A DNA stretch of 64,000 bases from an uncultured Chloroflexia bacterium (GTDB lineage: Bacteria; Chloroflexota; Dehalococcoidia; DSTF01; WHTK01): NCBI GenBank assembly GCA_963731765.1, contig CAVSWS010000020.1:30972-94971 (forward strand), written 5' to 3'. The position numbers and the translations under genes were made by a program. The notes below the pieces were generated by a model. It ran no database searches, was not told the DNA's origin, and saw only the letters and a list, made by a program, of their open reading frames with translations. Shown here one piece after another: positions 19,232 to 32,184 of the stretch (position 1 is its first letter; each line of letters starts with the position of its first letter).

Positions 19232-20626
19232 TCAGGGTGTGGATGTCGCAGGCGTGAAGCCGAACGACCGGTTAATCAGGTCATCGAGCTGTTGGGGGTC
19301 ATCAACCTTGATCTGACGGATGCGGGCAAGCAGGTCGTCGCCGCTCAGGGTCCGGCCGGCAACGTCCTTGATCAAGGATGACATCTGGTCCGCTCCGGCG
19401 AGGTCGTAGAGCGACACGAGGAACCTGGCACCCAGTCCCGCCTGATTGGTGTAGGGGCCACTGAGAACAACGTACCGGCTATTGAGCTCAATTGTCCCTT
19501 CGGCCTCCAGGTAGCCGGCGCGGGCCCCTGTCAGGTGATAGGCGACGAGCTCCGCGACGCCCTCCGTGAACCACGTGGGGTAGTTGCCGCCCACGAAGGC
19601 GTGGGTGAGCTCATGAATGATGACCGGCGCCTGGAAGCAGAATGGGGCGGGCAGGGAGATGCGTCCAGGGCGATTTCCGCCGCCGCTGCCGGTGTGGCAG
19701 GCGTCCGCGCCGGATATTGGCGTAGTGTCGATAACGAGGCCGATGGGGCGGAACTCCCCGACGAAGGCCTCGATCTTGTCCATCCAGGCCGAGGCGACCT
19801 CCTGGGCCCTGGCGTCAAGCTTGGGATCGCCGAAGTAGACGACGGCGATGTCACCCGTGCTCAGGGGCAATCGCTGGTAGTCGTCGCTCTCGATCACGTT
19901 GATCTGCTCGGTCACGCTCAGGAGGGTGTTGATCACACCAAGCAGGCTTGCCTCGTAAGAATCGATGCCGTCGTTGAACCAGTCCTTGGTCTTCAGCAGT
20001 TCGAGGACGTGAGGCGATAGCGAGCCCATGGCATCGATGCGTACGGCCGTGAGCAGGCTCGGGTCTTCCTCGTAGGTCTGCCGGAAAAGGCCGTCCTCCA
20101 TTGCCTGGCGCAACGCAGAAACCGAGACAGTGCGGTCCGAAACCGTGGCCATGATCGCCCGTTCGTAGTCGTCGATACCGTCGGCCAGCCATGGATCGAG
20201 GATAACCTCGTGAACGTCGCGCAGGGTCATGCGCGCGTAGTTCTTCGCCACGGAGAGCGTCTCGTCGGGGATGCCGTCAGGGTAGGCGTCCAGCAGCGCC
20301 AGACTGTCGCTGTCGCGCCACAGCGGACCGTGGTCGGTGAGGAGCGACATCAGGTTGGTGCCGGCGCTGTCGAAGCTGCCGTCGTCGTACCAGGGCGACG
20401 CCTGGACGCGCTGCCAGACCGTGTCGCCCAGCTGCGACGCGTAGTCAATGGGTAAGGCCGCAGGTGTGCCGTCTGCGCTACTTGCCGTTGCGGTTGACGT
20501 GGCTGTCGCGGCAGGTGATGCGTTGGAGGCAGCGTCGTTCCCACCGCTGCAGGCCGAGAGCAGCACGACGAGAATCGCGACGGGCAGGATGAGTTGGGGC
20601 TTCAAAGGCGCTCGCTTTCGATCCAT
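19232..20626 (-). CDS. lipoprotein with HExxH zincin-like motif
   Basis: Lipobox 'LLSACSGG' after the signal peptide, and 'HELTHAFVGG...TEGVAE' (HExxH+E). 464 aa. Confidence 0.5.
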   Translation of the reverse strand: MDRKRAPLKPQLILPVAILVVLLSACSGGNDAASNASPAATATSTATASSADGTPAALPIDYASQLGDTVWQRVQASPWYDDGSFDSAGTNLMSLLTDHGPLWRDSDSLALLDAYPDGIPDETLSVAKNYARMTLRDVHEVILDPWLADGIDDYERAIMATVSDRTVSVSALRQAMEDGLFRQTYEEDPSLLTAVRIDAMGSLSPHVLELLKTKDWFNDGIDSYEASLLGVINTLLSVTEQINVIESDDYQRLPLSTGDIAVVYFGDPKLDARAQEVASAWMDKIEAFVGEFRPIGLVIDTTPISGADACHTGSGGGNRPGRISLPAPFCFQAPVIIHELTHAFVGGNYPTWFTEGVAELVAYHLTGARAGYLEAEGTIELNSRYVVLSGPYTNQAGLGARFLVSLYDLAGADQMSSLIKDVAGRTLSGDDLLARIRQIKVDDPQQLDDLINRSFGFTPATSTP

Positions 20627-20708
20627 GGTACCGGGCGAGCGCCCACGGGCAAGCGAGCATGCCCCCGCATGCCGCCGGTGTCACCTCAAGCAGCGACGGG
20701 GCCGGGAC

Positions 20709-22853
<2,145 letters not shown>

Positions 22854-22863
22854 GTGTTGGCCT

Positions 22864-24634
22864 TCAAGCTCCAGAACGTACTATCGCTACGGCATCGGAT
22901 GGCAGGCGCAGGGTCGCGCCCTCAAGGGTCGTGGTGTCATCGCTGGTCAGCACGAGCGACGGCGTATCGCTGAGTTCGACTTGCAGCGTATTCGGTGAGA
23001 GATTCAGTGCCAGGGTCAGGGCGCCTCGGGTCATCTTGAGCCAGCCGGCGCTCTCGTCGAACGCGACGCTCACGTTATTCAGGTCGCCGTCTCGTAGCTC
23101 CGAGGAGGCGCGTCGCAGGGCGATGAGGTCGCGATACCAGGCCAGCATATCGGCGTGAGGCGACTGCGTCACCTCGTCCCAATCGAGGCGGGAGCGCTCG
23201 AACGTGGCGATGTCCTGGGGGTCCGGCACCTGCGAGGGCTCCCACCCGAAGGCGGCGAACTCGCGACGGCGCCCTTCGCTCACGGCTCGGCCCAGGGCGG
23301 GGTCTTCGTGCGCCGTGAAGTACTGGAACGGCGATGAAGCGGCCCACTCCTCGCCCTGGAACAGCAGAGGTACGCCCGGCGCCATCAGCAGCACCGCCGC
23401 GGCGATTTTGGCGCGTTGCAGTCCCACCAGGTGCACGAGGCGCTCTCCGACGGCCCGATTGCCCACCTGGTCATGGTTCTGGGCGGCGATGACGAATCGG
23501 CCGGCGGGCACCTCACCGACCGGCCGGCCGTGCGTGCGATGGCGATGCGGCGAGTAGCGGCCGTCGTAGACGTAGATGTGCTGCAGCGCCTCGGCGAGAT
23601 GCCAGATGTCGCCGAAGTCGGCGTAGTAACCGGCGGTTTCGCCCGTAAGCAGGGCGTGGAGGGCATGGTGGAAGTCGTCGCTCCAGACGCCGCCGAGGCC
23701 GTAGCCGCCGCGCTCCCAGCCTTTGACCAGCTTCGGATCGTTGAGGTCGCTCTCGGCGATCAGGTCATATCGGCGTCCGGTCTGATACTCCAACGCTCGC
23801 TTCTGAATTTCGAGGTTTTCGAGAATATGCCACGCCGACTGATCGAGGATGGCGTGCACCGCGTCGAGACGCAGGCCGTCGAAGCGATAGTCCCGTAGCC
23901 ACATGAGGGCGTTTTCGATGACCCAGCGCCGCACTTCATCTGCGTAGTCCTGGTCGTAGTTCAGTGCTTTGCCCCATGGCGTGTGGTAGCGCTCCGTGAA
24001 GTACGGCCCAAAGCGCTCCGTGTAGTTCCCCGCCGGACCGAGGTGGTTGTAGACGACATCGAGCAGCACGCGCAGGCCGCGGCCGTGGCAGGCGTCCACG
24101 AAGCGCTTGAGGGCGTCCGGGCCGCCGTAGGCCGTATGCGGCGCATACAGGTCTACGCCGTCGTAGCCCCAGCCGCGGTTGCCGGAGAACTGGGCCACCG
24201 GCATGACTTCGACGTGCGTGACTCCGAGCTCGACGAGGTGGTCGAGCCTTTCGATGGCGCTGTCGAGTGTGCCGCCGGGGGTGAAGGTGCCGGGGTGCAT
24301 CTCGTAGATCACGGCGTCTGCCAGCGCAACGTTCGGCCAGCTGTCGTGCTGCCACCGGAACGCCGCATGGTCAACGGTGCGTGAGGGGCCATCGACGCCC
24401 TGGGGCTGCATCGGCGAGCGCGGGTCCGGGAACGGCCCCTCGCCATCGACGTAGAAGGCGTAATCTGCGCCATCAGCAGTTCGAGGCCCCGCGGTTCGCC
24501 CCGGGGTGCAACTCAACCTCCGGGACCTCCGTGCTCCACCAACCGTCATCGTTGCGCGTCATCGGTCGTCGTCGGCCGGCGACGAGGACTTCGACCTTTT
24601 CGACCAGGGGTGCCCAGACTCGGAACTCGCTCAT
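22864..24634 (-). CDS. treZ: malto-oligosyltrehalose trehalohydrolase, with an apparent single-base frameshift near the 5' end
   Basis: The N-terminal E-set segment 'MSEFRVWAPLVEKVEVLVAGRRRPMTRNDDGWWSTEV' (ORF 24739-24473) is out of frame with the 561-aa GH13 body ('GADYAFYVDG...DVVYNHLGP'). The frame change lies around 24476-24559 (cccc/gggg runs). The ATG overlaps the treY stop (ATGA). Confidence 0.8.
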
Positions 24635-27090
24635 GATGCCGCCTCCTTGATCAAAAAGGCGACGGGAAACTGGGAAAGCAGCGTCCTGATCGATACGTCG
24701 CCGCCTCGGACGGTCGCGTTGGTGAGAGCGTTGCGCCACTTGCCACCCGGTATCGCGACGGTCGTCTCGTCGCTGTCTGTGAAGCGCTGGGTCAGGCGGG
24801 GCACGATGGTCATCGACTTGCCGGCGCGTGTGAAGGCAATGATGCAGTCGGCGTTGGGGCCGGAGGCAACGGCCGGGGCGTAACCGCCGCGGAATAACTC
24901 CGGGCTCTCGTCGCGCAGTACCAGCATTTGCCAGATCAGCCAGAGCTTCGTTGCGCCATCGTCCATGCGGGCCAGTGCTTCCTGCGGCGTGAGCTTTTGC
25001 ACCTCGCGCAGCATGTCGACGCGCTGCTCATAGTCCACGGGACGCCGGTTGTCCGGGTCGACGAGGCTCCAGTCCCACAGCTCCGTGCCCTGGTAGAAGT
25101 CCGGGATGCCCGGCGCCGTCAGCTTGAGCAGCGTCTGGGACAGCGACGAGAGGTGCGCGATGCCATCGAGGCGGGTCGCAAGGGCGCCGCACTGCTGCAC
25201 GAACGACTCGTTTTCCAGTACGGCGGCGATGTAGCTCTGCAGGGCGTTCTCATACGCCTCGTTGGAGTCGACCCAGGAGGTGTAGGTCTTGGCCTCTCGC
25301 ACCGCTTTGAGCATGTAGGCCCGGATGCGTTCCTCGCTCACCGGCCAGGCGCCGACCAGCGACTGATACAGGAGGTAGCGGGTGTTGTCGTCAGGAGCGC
25401 CCTGGGTCTTGTACGCCTCGTGGCCCTGCATCCAGCCGCGCACCAGGATGGACCACTCGTGCGGCACCTCTGAGAGCGCATCGATGCGCAGGCGAGTGTC
25501 CTCGCCCCGCTTGGTGTCATGCGTGGCGCTCGCGAGCATGGTGCCGGGCCAGCGGTCGGCGTAGGTGGACACGAGGCGGTGGAAGCTGGACACATTGGCG
25601 CCGAAGCGGCCCGGATTGCCGCCGACCTCGTTCAGGCTGACGAGACGGTTGAAGTTGTAGAAGGCGGTGTCTTCGGCGCCCTTGGCCATGGCGGGTCCGG
25701 AGACTTGCTGGAAAGCGAGCACGAATTCAGATGCCTCGTGGTCGCGACGTTCCATCAGCAGCAAGGAACGCAAGGCGCGGAACAGGGCGGGCGCGACGCT
25801 CGGCAGACGCTCCATCGATGCGTTGAGCGCCGAGGTGAGGATGGCGCGGTCGGTGTCCTCCATCTCGCCCCGCTCCGGCTGCAGGTAGGTGCGGTACACC
25901 GGCATCGAGACGATGACCTCTCGCAGAGCAGCTTCGACGTGCCCTCGTTCGACTCCGACATCGGGGCAGGCGTAATCGAATAGCGTGGCCAGCCAGGCGA
26001 TGTCGGCATGAAGGATCGTGTCCAGGGCCCGGCGCTTCTTCTCCTCCAGCAGCGCGGCGTAGTCGTTGCTCTCGCCGGTGAGCTCCGTGTACAGGGCGCT
26101 GAACTGCGGCTCCGACTTCGGGTCCACGAACAGGCTGTTGACGGTCGAAAGGTAGTCGTAGCCGGTCGTGCCGTCGATGGGCCAGCGCTGGGGCAGCTCC
26201 TCATCGCCATCGAGGATCTTCTCGACCAGGATGCGCGATTCGGGAGCGGCGTTGCGCAGGCGGAACAGGTACTCCAGTGGATCGCGCAGGCCATCGATGT
26301 GGTCGACGCGCAGGCCCTGCACCCGGCGCTGCCCCACCTGCGCGAGGATAACCCCGTGTGCCGCGGCGAACTCGGCCGGCTCCTCAACCCGGGCGCCGAC
26401 GAGGCCGTTGATGTCGAAAAAGCGCCGGTAGTCGATGTACTCCGAAGCGTGGCGCCAGTAGACAAGCCGGTAGTGCTGGCGCTCCAGCAGGTCCAGCAGG
26501 AGGCCGGTGTTCAGGCTGTAGGCCTCGATTCCCTGCGCCGGCTCCGTCTCAGGCGAGAGAGGAAATCGCGCGGCGTAGTAGCGCAGCACGACCTGTCCGT
26601 CCTCCACGGAGAGCCGCAGCTCCCCGTTCGCAAGCACAGTTTCAAGGTCGGCGCCGAGCACGGGGAGCCGGATGTACTCCGGGTTGCCTTTGCCGCCGGG
26701 CTGCCATCGCAGGTCGAAGTAGGCCGCGTATTCGCTGCCCCGGCCGTTGCGCAGGACGTCCCACCACCAGGGATTCGCCTCGCTCGCCGCCATGTGGTTG
26801 GGCACGATGTCCCACAACTGCCCGATACCGTACTCGGCAAGGGCGTTGCAGGCGCGCTCGTAGGCTTCGGCACCACCGAGGTCGTCACTGAGGCGTGTGG
26901 GGTCGGCGACGTCGTAGCCGTGGGTGCTACCGGACGTCGCCTGCAGCACGGGCGACAGGTAGACGTGCGAAATCCCAAGCTCCGACAGGTAAGGCGCTAT
27001 CGCCGCCACGTCGTCGAACGTGAATTCCGCGTTGAGCTGAAGTCGATATGTTGCTGCCCAGGGTCGTTCTGCCGGCTCCAAGGCCCCCAT
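24631..27090 (-). CDS. treY: malto-oligosyltrehalose synthase
   Basis: 819-aa GH13 protein ('YRLQLNAEFTFDD...GISHVYLSPVLQATSGSTHGYDVAD'). Forms an operon with treZ and glgX. Confidence 0.9.
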   Translation of the reverse strand: MGALEPAERPWAATYRLQLNAEFTFDDVAAIAPYLSELGISHVYLSPVLQATSGSTHGYDVADPTRLSDDLGGAEAYERACNALAEYGIGQLWDIVPNHMAASEANPWWWDVLRNGRGSEYAAYFDLRWQPGGKGNPEYIRLPVLGADLETVLANGELRLSVEDGQVVLRYYAARFPLSPETEPAQGIEAYSLNTGLLLDLLERQHYRLVYWRHASEYIDYRRFFDINGLVGARVEEPAEFAAAHGVILAQVGQRRVQGLRVDHIDGLRDPLEYLFRLRNAAPESRILVEKILDGDEELPQRWPIDGTTGYDYLSTVNSLFVDPKSEPQFSALYTELTGESNDYAALLEEKKRRALDTILHADIAWLATLFDYACPDVGVERGHVEAALREVIVSMPVYRTYLQPERGEMEDTDRAILTSALNASMERLPSVAPALFRALRSLLLMERRDHEASEFVLAFQQVSGPAMAKGAEDTAFYNFNRLVSLNEVGGNPGRFGANVSSFHRLVSTYADRWPGTMLASATHDTKRGEDTRLRIDALSEVPHEWSILVRGWMQGHEAYKTQGAPDDNTRYLLYQSLVGAWPVSEERIRAYMLKAVREAKTYTSWVDSNEAYENALQSYIAAVLENESFVQQCGALATRLDGIAHLSSLSQTLLKLTAPGIPDFYQGTELWDWSLVDPDNRRPVDYEQRVDMLREVQKLTPQEALARMDDGATKLWLIWQMLVLRDESPELFRGGYAPAVASGPNADCIIAFTRAGKSMTIVPRLTQRFTDSDETTVAIPGGKWRNALTNATVRGGDVSIRTLLSQFPVAFLIKEAAS

Positions 27091-27256
27091 TCTATCGCGT
27101 CAATTGCCGTACGCCCGACGGCACGACATGGGTCCAGCCATCTCGAAATCATTCAGGAATGCCGTCGAGCTTCCGCGACAGGGGCCTGAAGCTTACGATC
27201 TCGGCGTTCTCCCCCGTCCGACACATCCAGCACTGAATCACAACGGAGGTACTTCG

Positions 27257-27568
27257 ATGACACAGCAGGTCAACTGGCGCGAGACGTTCCCCAAGCTCAA
27301 CGAGGCCACGCAGCAGTGGCTTTTCGGCGACATCTGGGAGCGCCCCGGCCTTTCCAAGCGCGACCGCAGCCTGATCACGATCTCGGTCAACGCGGCGCTC
27401 TACCGCACCGAGCAGCTGCGCGGCCACGTCGCCCGCGGGCTGGACAACGGCCTGACCAAGGACGAGATCGTCGAAGCGATCACGCACGTCATGTTCTACG
27501 GCGGCTGGCCCACGGGCGTGAACGGCGCTCAGGTCGCGGCAGAGGTCTTCGCCGAGCGCGGCATTTAG
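27257..27568 (+). CDS. carboxymuconolactone decarboxylase (CMD/AhpD-like) family protein
   Basis: 'LSKRDRSLITISVNAAL...HVARGLDNGLTKDEIVEAITHVMFYGGWP' is the CMD signature. ATG at 27257 with a GGAGGT RBS. Confidence 0.75.
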   Translation: MTQQVNWRETFPKLNEATQQWLFGDIWERPGLSKRDRSLITISVNAALYRTEQLRGHVARGLDNGLTKDEIVEAITHVMFYGGWPTGVNGAQVAAEVFAERGI

Positions 27569-27665
27569 TTTCTTCGTACGGGCTTAGCTGTTCGTAGGGC
27601 GACGCATGCGTCGCCCTACCAACGGCCATGGCGGCATCCAAGAACTGCTCGATTTAGAATTCGCG

Positions 27666-28391
27666 CTACTGAGTTCCTGCCCCGGGCACCTCGATAGCCA
27701 CATTCGGGTTGTCCAGATCGCCGATCCGGATGTTGAAGTCCAATGCGATTTCAGGCAGTAGCTCGGCCGGCGGATAGAGACTGATTCGCAACGGCTTGTG
27801 GTCCTCGGCTCGTAGCCAGTAATCCACGGGCGCGTCGGCCAGGTCTGCCTCGGACGTCCCCGGCACAGAGTCCTGCAACACGGCTGCCAGATAGTCGCGT
27901 AGAGCCGGGAGGTCCGAGAGGCTCAGGTGATATAGAAGGGCCGGGGTCTGATCGAAGTCATCTTCGACCTGCTCCGGCTCGTCATCTGCCAGGACGCCCG
28001 CATCGGCGGTGAAGAGCTTCCAGTACGGCGGCGCCCCGGCGTGTTCGAGCGCGGGAGCGGTGTCCTCGACGGGAGTCCAGGTGGGATTCGGGCCACCGGC
28101 TCGTTCCCAGACCTGACTTCCAAGCACGGCGACGGACCGATTCCAGGCTTCGCCATTCGCGGCGCCACCCGCATTCTCTCTCATGCGATCGGGACCGATG
28201 TATGCGCCCTCTCGCTTCTGGACGATCGGTTGCCCGCCGGGTGGTGTCACCTCGAGCAGAATCACCCAGGTGTAACTGGTGGGCTGATCGGTCCCGCCTC
28301 CGTTCTCGTCGGCCTTCGTCAGCAGAATCGCGGCGCCGGTAAGGCCGCCGAAGAGGCCGAATAGGATTACGAATGCCAGGACTTTGCTCAT
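27666..28391 (-). CDS. hypothetical membrane-anchored protein
   Basis: N-terminal TM helix followed by an acidic soluble domain. 241 aa. No recognisable family. Confidence 0.4.
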   Translation of the reverse strand: MSKVLAFVILFGLFGGLTGAAILLTKADENGGGTDQPTSYTWVILLEVTPPGGQPIVQKREGAYIGPDRMRENAGGAANGEAWNRSVAVLGSQVWERAGGPNPTWTPVEDTAPALEHAGAPPYWKLFTADAGVLADDEPEQVEDDFDQTPALLYHLSLSDLPALRDYLAAVLQDSVPGTSEADLADAPVDYWLRAEDHKPLRISLYPPAELLPEIALDFNIRIGDLDNPNVAIEVPGAGTQ

Positions 28392-28442
28392 CGTAGAAAG
28401 TACGCGAGAGAGGCCCCGATGGTTCCCTGGGCTCCCGGTGGC

Positions 28443-30074
28443 TCAGTACCCTACGGCGGCGCCGTCCGAGCGGGGCTCGCTGCCGGCGATGTAGCCGCCC
28501 TGGGGCAGGCGCCGGATAATCTGGCCCCGGCCGCCGTTGCCGTTGAACTGCGATTCCGTATCTGCGACTACGACGTTGTGGCCGCGCGCCCGCAGGCCTT
28601 CGATGACCTCCTGGCCGGCCGAGGGCTCGATCAGCACGTCGCGGCCGCCCGTCCAGCGCCATCGAGGGGCATCGAGGCTGGTCTGAGGGTTCATGCCGTA
28701 ATCGACCTGGTTGACGACCATCTGTACGTGGCCCTGCGGCTGCATGTCGGCGCCCATGACGCCGAAGGGGCCAACCGGCTCGCCGTTGTGGGTGAGGAAG
28801 GCCGGGATGATCGTGTGGAAGGGGCGCTTGCCGGGTGCGATGAGATTCGGGTGGCCGGGCTCCAGCGTGAAGCCGTAGCCCCGGTTCTGCAGCGAGATGC
28901 CGGTGCCCGGTATGACGATGCCGCTGCCGAAGCCCTGGTAGTTGGACTGGATATAGGACACCATCATGCCGTCGCTGTCGGCAGCGCAGAGGTAGACCGT
29001 GCCGCCGCGGGGCGGATCGCCGGCGGCCGGCTCCAGGGCCTGCTCGCCGATGAGGGCGCGCCGCTGCGAGACGTAATCGCTGCTCAGCAGGCCTTCCACC
29101 GGGACGGCCGCATGGTCCGGGTCGGCGACGTAGCGACGCGTGTCGGTGAAGGCCAGCTTCATCGCCTCGATCTGCCGGTGCCAGCTCTCGACCGAATCGC
29201 GGGGCGTCGAAGCCATGTCGAAACCATCGAGGATACTCAGCGCTTCGAGTGCCGCGATGCCCTGGCCGTTCGGCGGGATCTCCCACACCTCGTAGTCACG
29301 GTACCGCGCCGAAATTGGTTCGACCCAGTGCGCCTTGTGTGCCGTCATGTCATCGAGGGTGAAGTAGCCGCCGGTCTCGGCCGCGAAGGACTCGATGGCG
29401 CGCGCGGAGAAGCCACGGTAGAAGTCCATGCCCCGCGTTCGCACGATGCGCTCCAGGGTTTCGGCGTGGTCCGGCAGGGTCCACCAGTCGCCGGGCTTCG
29501 CGACGCGGCCCTCGGGCATGAATGTTTCGAACCAGCCCCTGTATTCCGGCCCCTTCATGTTCTCCACGTAGTTGCGCTGCGCCTGGGCCCAGACGAACGC
29601 CGTCTCCGGCGCCAGCGGGAAGCCGTCGCGTCCGTACTCGATCGCCGGCGTGACGACCGTTTCGAGGTTGAGCCGGCCAAAGCGGGTATGCAGATCGATC
29701 CACGCACTGGGCGCTCCGGGGACGGTGACGGAGAGCCAGCCGCGATTCGGCATGCGCTGGTGACCGAGCTCGGCAAAGAGCTCCGGCGTGTGAGCCGCGG
29801 GCGCGCGACCGGAAGCGTTGAGACCGTGCAGCTTCTCGCCGTCCCAGACCAGGGCAAAGGCGTCCGACCCGATTCCGTTGACCCACGGCTCCACGATCGT
29901 CAGCGTCGTCGCGGCGGCGATGGCGGCGTCGACAGCGTTGCCGCCGGCCAGGAGCATGCGCAGGCCGGCCTGGGCCGCCAGAGGGTTGCTCGTGGCCACA
30001 ACGCCGTTCGGCGCCAGTACAGGCATTCTTCGCGTCGGGTATGGGAAGTCGCGGGGTGTGAGGTTCAGGTCCAA
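28443..30074 (-). CDS. ggt: gamma-glutamyltransferase
   Basis: 'TTLTIVEPWVNGIGSDAFALV' and the autoprocessing/nucleophile region 'GGTVYLCAADSDGMMVSYIQSNYQGFGSGIVIPGTG' ending in the conserved GTG. 543 aa. Confidence 0.85.
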   Translation of the reverse strand: MDLNLTPRDFPYPTRRMPVLAPNGVVATSNPLAAQAGLRMLLAGGNAVDAAIAAATTLTIVEPWVNGIGSDAFALVWDGEKLHGLNASGRAPAAHTPELFAELGHQRMPNRGWLSVTVPGAPSAWIDLHTRFGRLNLETVVTPAIEYGRDGFPLAPETAFVWAQAQRNYVENMKGPEYRGWFETFMPEGRVAKPGDWWTLPDHAETLERIVRTRGMDFYRGFSARAIESFAAETGGYFTLDDMTAHKAHWVEPISARYRDYEVWEIPPNGQGIAALEALSILDGFDMASTPRDSVESWHRQIEAMKLAFTDTRRYVADPDHAAVPVEGLLSSDYVSQRRALIGEQALEPAAGDPPRGGTVYLCAADSDGMMVSYIQSNYQGFGSGIVIPGTGISLQNRGYGFTLEPGHPNLIAPGKRPFHTIIPAFLTHNGEPVGPFGVMGADMQPQGHVQMVVNQVDYGMNPQTSLDAPRWRWTGGRDVLIEPSAGQEVIEGLRARGHNVVVADTESQFNGNGGRGQIIRRLPQGGYIAGSEPRSDGAAVGY

Positions 30075-30179
30075 GTCGGGTGCTCCTTACAGGCTAGAGG
30101 CGAGGCGTTGGCCCGGCAGGCATAGTGAAGCCCGCAGCCGCATTGAGCAACCGCGGGCTTCAGTGGTTCGAATTGCGTC

Positions 30180-31061
30180 CTAGCTTACGGAGCCAAGGAC
30201 CGTCACGCCGTTCATACGTCGTGGCTCCAGGAACTGGCCCACGGTGCGGTTTACCAGGTCGCGGCGGAACATGGCGTGCTTCATGCCACGCACCTCGTGC
30301 TCGATCTCGAACAGCTTCTCGCCCGTGTCCGGGTCGACGATGTCGACGAAGCGGTACTGGTGGTTGCGCGGCTCCTCTGTAACCAACCCGCGCTCCGATA
30401 GCCACTGGTACGGCTTCGAGAAGTTCGCCACGTACACGGCGATGTGGTGGCCGTCGTACGCGGGCACGTTCTCCGTCTCGCGGAAGATCAGGTGCTGGTA
30501 CTGGCCGATGGAGATCACGGCTGCTTTGCCCTCGGGGCTCTCGTCGATAGTGCCGTTGCAGCCGATCGCCTGCTCGTAAAACCGGCGAATGCCCTCAGCA
30601 GTGCCGACCGGGACCGTGAACTCGACATAAGCCAGGCCGCTGGTGGTGTTGCCGAACTTCTCAGAGGGCTCGTAGATGCGGAACTGGTTGCCCCAGGGGC
30701 AGGTCGCCTCGATGTGGTCGTCCTTGCGAGACCAGGAGAACTTCGTCCCGGCGAGTCGCGACGCCACCGACTCGAGGCGGCTCGCGAGGGAGTCGAGGTT
30801 CGGGGTGATCAGGCCCATGTGGCCGCGCAGCACGTTCACCTTCTCGTTAGTCGGGAGGTGGAACTGCGTCTCGTCGCTGAGGTTCACCCACATGTTCTCG
30901 AGGCCCACCATCATGTGCGGGTCGCGTGTGTAGCCAAGGCCCACGAGGTAAAAGAGCGTCGCGATGCTCTGATCGTCGATCTGCACGTTGACGTGCTCCA
31001 TAAGGACAATATTGCCGACGTCCTCCTGAAGGAGTTCGTCTGATTGTGTCTGAGTGGCCAT
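30180..31061 (-). CDS. hypothetical protein, probable VOC (glyoxalase/dioxygenase-like) fold
   Basis: Repeated beta-alpha-beta-beta-beta-like modules with conserved His/Glu. ATG at 31061 has a GGAGG 8 nt upstream; the ORF-track N-terminal extension is discounted. Confidence 0.4.
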   Translation of the reverse strand: MATQTQSDELLQEDVGNIVLMEHVNVQIDDQSIATLFYLVGLGYTRDPHMMVGLENMWVNLSDETQFHLPTNEKVNVLRGHMGLITPNLDSLASRLESVASRLAGTKFSWSRKDDHIEATCPWGNQFRIYEPSEKFGNTTSGLAYVEFTVPVGTAEGIRRFYEQAIGCNGTIDESPEGKAAVISIGQYQHLIFRETENVPAYDGHHIAVYVANFSKPYQWLSERGLVTEEPRNHQYRFVDIVDPDTGEKLFEIEHEVRGMKHAMFRRDLVNRTVGQFLEPRRMNGVTVLGSVS

Positions 31062-31342
31062 TTGGTCTGCCTCCGTCTTGCTGCGTGTGGCTGGATTGTG
31101 CCCCCGCGCAGTAGGGCCGTCAACCGTATTCACTGATTCGATAGACTCATGCGCTCATGGGAGGAACGCCGGCGTCTCAACGGCGCGGCGAGTGGAATCC
31201 TCGCAAAAATTGGCGTGACAGGGTGGCTGACAACCAAGAACGCATGTGCTATAACCGTTGTGGAGGACGCGGCGGTCGTAATCCAGGCGGGGCTCGACCG
31301 CGGCCTCCTCCGCCAAATACCACAACTGCACGAGGCGATCGT

Positions 31343-32125
31343 TTGAGCACGGAACTGGAGTCCGTCGCGGAGTTTCTCACCGGTAACCGCATGGCAGCGC
31401 TTTCGCTGCCGTGGCAGTTGTTACGCAGCGAGGACGTGCGCGTGCTGCGAGACTGGGCAGGTGAGACGCTGCCTTTTCCCCAGCAACGCCGGCTCATGCG
31501 CGACCTGCGTCAGATGCTGCGCCAGCCCGGGGAAGCAGAGGACGAGCAGCTCCTGCGCAGCGATGTGACGCCGGCGCTGTTGCGAGCGCTCCGGCGCAGC
31601 GGCGGCGCCTCAAGGCTGGCGTCTCGGCAGGCCAGGCTGCTGTTGGATGCTTGCGAGACAGACGAATCGATAGAAGGATGCCGAGACGCTGCCGTCATCG
31701 GCCTCATGCTCAGCGCGGGCCTGCGACGCCAGGAGGTCGTTGGTCTGCAACGGGGCGATTATGAGGACGAGGACGGACGCATCAAGGTTGCATCGCGACG
31801 GGGGCTAGCCCGCAGCGTCATTCTGGAGGGCCGGACGCGCGCGACAGTCGCAGGGTGGCTGAGACTGCGCGGCGCCTGGTCCGGCCCCCTCATCGCGGCG
31901 CTAAGCACGCACGGCGAGGTGCAGATGCGCGGCCTCACGCCTTCGGCGATCAACCGTTTGCTGGCCAAGCGCTCCGACCAGGCCGGATGCGCAGGCATTA
32001 CGCCTCGCGATCTGCGAGGTCGCTTCCTGCGCGAACTGCAGTCGGCGTCGAGGGAGCGTCCCCGCGGCCGCTACTATCAGGACGAGAACGGCCAGCCTGC
32101 CTGGGTCTTGGCCCCGGCGGGCTGA
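31343..32125 (+). CDS. tyrosine recombinase (phage integrase)-like protein, degenerate catalytic motifs
   Basis: C-terminal integrase catalytic-domain pattern 'RDAAVIGLMLSAGLRRQEVVGLQRGDY...ITPRDLRGRF...RGRYY', but the box II histidines are replaced (HDLRHT becomes RDLRGR). Start uncertain: TTG 31343 or ATG 31391. The Gly/Arg-rich ORF-track N-terminus is unlikely to be coding. Confidence 0.5.
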   Translation: MSTELESVAEFLTGNRMAALSLPWQLLRSEDVRVLRDWAGETLPFPQQRRLMRDLRQMLRQPGEAEDEQLLRSDVTPALLRALRRSGGASRLASRQARLLLDACETDESIEGCRDAAVIGLMLSAGLRRQEVVGLQRGDYEDEDGRIKVASRRGLARSVILEGRTRATVAGWLRLRGAWSGPLIAALSTHGEVQMRGLTPSAINRLLAKRSDQAGCAGITPRDLRGRFLRELQSASRERPRGRYYQDENGQPAWVLAPAG

Positions 32126-32184
32126 AGCCGCTATCGTTAGGGCACTACCCCGTACAGGATCAGCGCCACTTGGCGGCACCAGAC

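Noticed and set aside
31157-31342. Gly/Arg/Pro-rich N-terminal extension of the integrase-like ORF in the ORF track
   Set aside because: It has low-complexity composition and no RBS. It overlaps the divergent promoter region of the VOC-like gene, so the start was moved to TTG 31343 or ATG 31391.
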